DNA of 32,000 nucleotides, taken from Pasteurella multocida. GTDB lineage: Bacteria > Pseudomonadota > Gammaproteobacteria > Enterobacterales > Pasteurellaceae. The stretch spans positions 1,740,001 to 1,772,000 of the forward strand of contig NZ_LT906458.1 in the NCBI RefSeq assembly GCF_900187275.1, written 5' to 3'. Shown here piece by piece: positions 28,195 to 32,000 of the stretch. The notes under the pieces were generated by a model. The model was not told the origin of the DNA. It saw only the letters and a list, made by a program, of their open reading frames with translations, and did not search any database. Numbering within the stretch: the first letter of the stretch is position 1; every line of letters starts with the position of its first letter. The position numbers and the translations under genes were made by a program.

Positions 28195-28761
28195 TTAATT
28201 TTCCAGCCAATTGCGTAATAGCTGTTCGCCATGTTCCGTCATAAAGGATTCTGGGTGAAATTGCACCCCGTAAATGGGTAGGTGGTTATGCTGAAATGCC
28301 ATCACTACTTCTTCGGCACAATGCGCGGTAATAGTGAGCGCTGCGGGGAAATTGTGCTCACGAATTGCCCAAGAATGGTATAGCCCAATTTGAAACTCGG
28401 TGGGTAGTCCTCGAAATAGGACAGAAGGTGAGCGCACTTGTAGGCGTTGACTACGCCCATGACGTACCTTGTCTAAATTGTATAATTCGCCGCCAAAAAA
28501 TTCACACAGCGTTTGGTGACCCAAACATACCCCTAAAATGGATTTTGATTGGTGGTAGCGTTCCAACAGCGCAAACAATTGCGGATAGGCGCGTGGCACA
28601 TCAGGACCAGGGGAAATCAGAATATGACTGTAATTAGCGACCTCGTCCACATCCAATTCTTGCACGTTGACCACGTCAAAAGGCACCGCTAATCGGCGGA
28701 TCATATCCACTAAATTGTAGGTAAAAGAATCTTGATTATTGATGATAAGAAGTCGTTTCAT
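28195..28761 (-). CDS. pabA: Glutamine amidotransferase component of aminodeoxychorismate/anthranilate synthase
   Basis: LLIINNQDSFTYNLVDMIRRL...HILISPGPDVP...ILGVCLGHQTLCEFFGGELYNL...GVQFHPESFMTEHG. Located divergently from pabB. Confidence 0.87.
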   Translation of the reverse strand: MKRLLIINNQDSFTYNLVDMIRRLAVPFDVVNVQELDVDEVANYSHILISPGPDVPRAYPQLFALLERYHQSKSILGVCLGHQTLCEFFGGELYNLDKVRHGRSQRLQVRSPSVLFRGLPTEFQIGLYHSWAIREHNFPAALTITAHCAEEVVMAFQHNHLPIYGVQFHPESFMTEHGEQLLRNWLEN

Positions 28762-28870
28762 ATCTGCGCCATATTCTGTGGAGAAAGAGGCAAAGTATAA
28801 AGGAAAATGCGGATTTTTGTTTCATTTTCCGTTAAACTTTCCCTAATTTTTTTTCAAATGTAGATAACTT

Positions 28871-29845
28871 ATGTCCTTCCATGCTTTTATTCAACAGGCG
28901 AATCAGTTTGGTGAACAACGTCAGCCGTTTTTCTTTCTGATTGATTTTGAACAGCAACAGCCGATTATTTGTCCGTTAGCTCAGGCGGCAGAATTAGGGT
29001 TATTTTTTGCGATACGAGGGCAGCAGAATGTCAATTGGCAGACTGAAATGCCTCACAAGCCTTTTGAACTGCACAAATTTCCTATCTCAAAAGCAGCTTA
29101 TCAGCGTGGCTTTGACTTAGTGCAAAAAGAGCTACAAAAAGGCAATTCTTATTTGTTGAATCTCACCTATCCGACCGAAATTAACATGAATTGGCGTCTG
29201 GAACAGGTTTTTCAACAAACGACAGCTCCCTATAAATTGTACTATCGGGATCGCTTTGTGTGCTTTTCGCCTGAATGCTTTGTCAATATTCATCACAATC
29301 AAATTTATACTTACCCGATGAAAGGCACCATTGATGCTACGTTGCCTGAGGCGGAAAAACGCTTGTTAGATTCTGACAAAGAGCGACAAGAACATTACAC
29401 CATTGTGGATTTAATGCGCAACGATTTGGCAACGGTCGCCGAGAAGGTGGAAGTGACGCGCTTTCGTTACGTGGAAAAGATTCAGACACAAAAAGGGGCG
29501 ATCTTGCAGACAAGTTCTGAAATTCGCGGCGATCTTGCAGACAATTGGCAAGCACGCATTGGTACGATGTTAGCCACCTTGTTGCCTGCAGGCTCGATTA
29601 GTGGGGCACCGAAAGAAAAAACCGTGCAAATTATTCACGCCGCAGAACAGCAGCCACGCGGTTATTACACGGGGATTTTTGGTCTGTTCGATGGTGAGTC
29701 GTTACAAAGTGCGGTGGCAATTCGTTTTATTGAGCAAGTGGACGAGAAATTGATTTTCCGCAGCGGTGGCGGGATTACGATCTTAAGCGAGCTAGAAGAC
29801 GAGTACCAAGAATTGATCCAAAAAGTGTATGTACCAGTAGGATAA
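28871..29845 (+). CDS. pabB: Aminodeoxychorismate synthase component I (short form)
   Basis: NSYLLNLTYPTEINMN...FVCFSPECFVNIHHNQIYTYPMKGTIDATLPEAEKRLLDSDKERQEHYTIVDLMRNDLATVAEKVEVTRF...LPAGSISGAPKEKTVQIIHAAEQQPRGYYTGIFGLFDG...AIRFIE chorismate-binding signatures. Confidence 0.92.
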   Translation: MSFHAFIQQANQFGEQRQPFFFLIDFEQQQPIICPLAQAAELGLFFAIRGQQNVNWQTEMPHKPFELHKFPISKAAYQRGFDLVQKELQKGNSYLLNLTYPTEINMNWRLEQVFQQTTAPYKLYYRDRFVCFSPECFVNIHHNQIYTYPMKGTIDATLPEAEKRLLDSDKERQEHYTIVDLMRNDLATVAEKVEVTRFRYVEKIQTQKGAILQTSSEIRGDLADNWQARIGTMLATLLPAGSISGAPKEKTVQIIHAAEQQPRGYYTGIFGLFDGESLQSAVAIRFIEQVDEKLIFRSGGGITILSELEDEYQELIQKVYVPVG

Positions 29846-29848
29846 GCG

Positions 29849-30430
29849 ATGACATTTCCTTTATTTGAGACGATCGCTATTGTGAACGGTGAAATTCAGC
29901 ACCTTGCCCTGCATCAACAACGTTATGCGGCAAGTTTGGCGACCTTTTACGGCGAGAAAGGAGCGAAAGTACAGGATCTTGCGAAAATTATTCAGATTCC
30001 GACCGCACTTGAACACACTCAACATGCGCCGATAATCCGTTGTCGGATTGATTACAATCAGCAAGACTGTGACGTGCATTATTTTCCCTATCAACGCAAA
30101 ATTTACCGCACTTTTCAGCCTGTCATTTGCGATGAAATTAACTATGATCTGAAATATGCTGATCGGGCATTATTAAATCAGTTATTTGCTCAGCGTAGGG
30201 ATTGTGATGAGATTATGATTATCAAACACGGCAAGGTGACGGATTGCAGTATTGGTAATCTGGTGTTTCGCCAAGGTGAGCAATGGTTCACGCCAGATAG
30301 CCCGTTATTTTACGGCACACAACGAGCCTGGTTATTACAACAAGGCAAAATTCAAGCCCGTTCCATCTTATTGCAAGAGATCGCACAATTTGAAGAAATT
30401 CGGTTAATTAATGCACTAAATCCGCTGTAA
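29849..30430 (+). CDS. pabC: Aminotransferase class IV-like protein (PabC-like), 193 aa
   Basis: FETIAIVNGEIQHLALHQQRYAASLA...DCDEIMIIKHGKVTDCSIGNLVFRQGEQWFTPDSPLFYGTQRAWLLQQGKI; coupled to pabB. Confidence 0.8.
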   Translation: MTFPLFETIAIVNGEIQHLALHQQRYAASLATFYGEKGAKVQDLAKIIQIPTALEHTQHAPIIRCRIDYNQQDCDVHYFPYQRKIYRTFQPVICDEINYDLKYADRALLNQLFAQRRDCDEIMIIKHGKVTDCSIGNLVFRQGEQWFTPDSPLFYGTQRAWLLQQGKIQARSILLQEIAQFEEIRLINALNPL

Positions 30431-30492
30431 ATTTTCCTTGAACAGCGTAAAATAAAACAACTTTTTCAGTCAGATAAAAGGAGATAAACGAC

Positions 30493-30882
30493 ATGACGAA
30501 AGTAATTCATACTGACAATGCACCAGCCGCCATTGGTCCTTATGTACAAGCGGTAGATTTAGGTAATATGCTGTTAACCTCTGGGCAAATTCCAGTGAAT
30601 CCAAAAACCGGTGAAGTGCCAGCGGATATCGTAGCACAAGCACGTCAATCGTTAGAAAACGTGAAAGCGATTGTGGAACAAGCGGGATTACAAGTCGCAA
30701 ATATCGTGAAAACCACGGTGTTTGTGAAAGATTTAAATGACTTTGCAGCGGTCAATGCGGAGTATGAACGTTTCTTTAAAGAGAACAATCACCCTAGCTT
30801 CCCTGCTCGTTCATGTGTGGAAGTGGCACGTTTGCCGAAAGATGTGGGGATTGAAATCGAGGCAATCGCTGTAAAAGCCTAA
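30493..30882 (+). CDS. ridA: RidA/YjgF family reactive intermediate deaminase
   Basis: MTKVIHTDNAPAAIGPYVQAVDLGNMLLTSGQIPVNPKTGEVPADIVAQARQSLENVKAIVEQAG...VFVKDLNDFAAVNAEYERFF...FPARSCVEVARLPKDVGIEIEAIAV. Confidence 0.95.
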   Translation: MTKVIHTDNAPAAIGPYVQAVDLGNMLLTSGQIPVNPKTGEVPADIVAQARQSLENVKAIVEQAGLQVANIVKTTVFVKDLNDFAAVNAEYERFFKENNHPSFPARSCVEVARLPKDVGIEIEAIAVKA

Positions 30883-30968
30883 TGAATAGCTTGCATTTAT
30901 CTTAGTCGTAGCAAAACAATCTCTTTTCACTTGCTCTCTTCAAAGCAAGTTGATAAGTGATTTTTATT

Positions 30969-31000
30969 GGGCGTTTTTCTATTGATAGCCAAAAACGCCC
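30969..31000. repeat. Perfect 10-bp inverted repeat downstream of ridA
   Basis: GGGCGTTTTT (30969-30978) and AAAAACGCCC (30991-31000). Confidence 0.7.
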
Positions 31001-31021
31001 TTTACTGATAGAGAATAAACT

Positions 31022-31366
31022 ATGCAAAATCAAGTCATCGAGATTCTACAATACCGTTTAAAACCACAATCAGGACAAACGTTTCACCAAATTATGCGTG
31101 AGATCAGTGTTCCACTCCATAAACAACATGGGATTGATGTCATTGCGTATGGAAATTCATTACATGATATTGACAGCTATTATTTAATCCGTGCATTTGA
31201 GACAGAAACCAAATTGCAACAGCAGCTCGATGCTTTTTATGCCAGTGATGATTGGCGTGATGGACCAAGAGAAAGTATCATTCGCCTGATTGAAAGCAGT
31301 TTAAAATCGGTGATCATGCTCCCGACACAGGCAATCCATGCACTACGCAACCATTATCCTCAATAA
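31022..31366 (+). CDS. NIPSNAP-family-like small protein
   Basis: 114 aa, VIEILQYRLKPQSGQTFHQIMREISVPLHKQHGIDVIAYGNSLHDIDSYYLIRAFETETKLQQQLDAFYASDDWRDGPRE. Confidence 0.68.
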   Translation: MQNQVIEILQYRLKPQSGQTFHQIMREISVPLHKQHGIDVIAYGNSLHDIDSYYLIRAFETETKLQQQLDAFYASDDWRDGPRESIIRLIESSLKSVIMLPTQAIHALRNHYPQ

Positions 31367-31374
31367 AATCAACA

Positions 31375-31402
31375 ACCGCACCCAATCAGTGCGGTCATTT
31401 TT
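31375..31402 (+). terminator. Terminator after the NIPSNAP-like gene
   Basis: ACCGCAC (31375-31381) ... GTGCGGT (31389-31395) followed by catTTTTTT. Confidence 0.6.
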
Positions 31403-31418
31403 TCTTACTTTTTCAGTG

Positions 31419-32000
31419 CTAAGGGAAAAACAACGATAGTGGACGTTGTTTAATCAATTTCCAAACACATTGCGCGATATCACACCAACTCTCAATTTCT
31501 GTTTCTAAAGAACGCAGCGCAACCCATAACGCGATAAAGAAACTGACAATCAAATTCACCATACCAATCAATAACACGAACACTAAACCTTGTAAGAACA
31601 TCTGCCAAGTAAACGCGCCACTGATCGCCATATAGCCCAAATTCGCAGAAGAAAACGCCACATGGCGAATATCTAACGGTAAATTAAGCAAATACCCGAC
31701 TAACCCCGTTAAACCAAGCAATAAACCAAAACACAGATTTCCCATAATCGAACCGTAATTATCATGCCAGTATTCTGCAAATTTGTAGCGCATATTACGG
31801 GTCAACAGACGGCGTAAAATAGGGTGATTTCTTAGTCGCATTTTTAAGTTCAAATAATTACTACGATTATCAAAATAACCAGAAATAATCCCAGAAAAGA
31901 ATAACCAGAAACCCGCAATGGCGGCAAACCATAAGGACCCTTTCATCGGATCAAGGGATTTTTGTTGGTAGGCAATCTCCGCGTCACTCAATAAAGGTGT
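31419..32000 (-). CDS. C-terminal part of a Gcr-like 'site-specific recombinase' family multi-TM protein (continues past the right edge)
   Basis: MKGSLWFAAIAGFWLFFSGIISGYFDNRSNYLNLKMRLRNHPILRRLLTRNMRYKFAEYWHDNYGSIMGNLCFGLLLGLTGLVGYLLNLPLDIRHVAFSSANLGYM; the reading frame is open to position 32000. Confidence 0.75.
   Translation of the reverse strand, partial: TPLLSDAEIAYQQKSLDPMKGSLWFAAIAGFWLFFSGIISGYFDNRSNYLNLKMRLRNHPILRRLLTRNMRYKFAEYWHDNYGSIMGNLCFGLLLGLTGLVGYLLNLPLDIRHVAFSSANLGYMAISGAFTWQMFLQGLVFVLLIGMVNLIVSFFIALWVALRSLETEIESWCDIAQCVWKLIKQRPLSLFFP

Noticed and set aside
31419-32000. 'Site-specific recombinase' label as evidence of a mobile element
   Set aside because: The Gcr-family name is historical; the visible sequence is a multi-TM membrane protein with no Tyr/Ser recombinase motifs, so no mobile element is implied.
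1-32000. CRISPR array, tRNA/rRNA genes, prophage, or toxin-antitoxin/defence genes
   Set aside because: Reading through the window revealed no regularly spaced repeats, no recognisable structural RNA sequences, and no phage or known defence-domain proteins. HerA-like ATPase 12343-13842 is the stand-alone YjgR type with no nuclease partner beside it.

Overview
The window looks like a mostly ordinary Pasteurellaceae chromosome segment, most likely Pasteurella multocida or a close relative. Supporting signs are exact Haemophilus-type DNA uptake signals (AAGTGCGGT) throughout and protein sequences that resemble that family. From left to right it holds: lysA (cut by the window edge), a small LptM/YifL lipoprotein missed by the ORF track, cyaY, pldA, recQ, a His-rich TonB-dependent receptor (ZnuD-like), a shikimate dehydrogenase-like gene, cysE, gpsA, secB, a rhodanese-like membrane protein, a Dcu-family dicarboxylate transporter, a HerA/YjgR-like ATPase, glpE, a small membrane protein, glpG, a 3'-damaged glpR, an IS200-family element, a four-gene ABC transporter, a divergent three-gene signalling operon (substrate-binding protein, histidine kinase, NtrC-like regulator) resembling Salmonella PgtCBA, yeiH, pabA, pabB and a pabC-like gene, a RidA-family gene, a NIPSNAP-like gene and part of a Gcr-family membrane protein. 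The best candidate for an under-described system is the divergent pair at 17163-26872. It joins a PgtCBA-like sensory operon to an 'iron-type' ABC transporter that has two ATPases, one fused permease and a binding protein without the classic Tyr-Tyr iron ligand pair. The response regulator appears to have lost the whole GAFTGA segment, and the intergenic region carries a cluster of TGTCAA/TTGACA half-sites. Other notable items are an apparent frameshift/deletion at the 3' end of glpR, an RBS-sequestering hairpin upstream of the IS200 transposase, and a perfect 16-bp hairpin upstream of the zinc-receptor-like gene. No rRNA, tRNA or CRISPR array was recognised.
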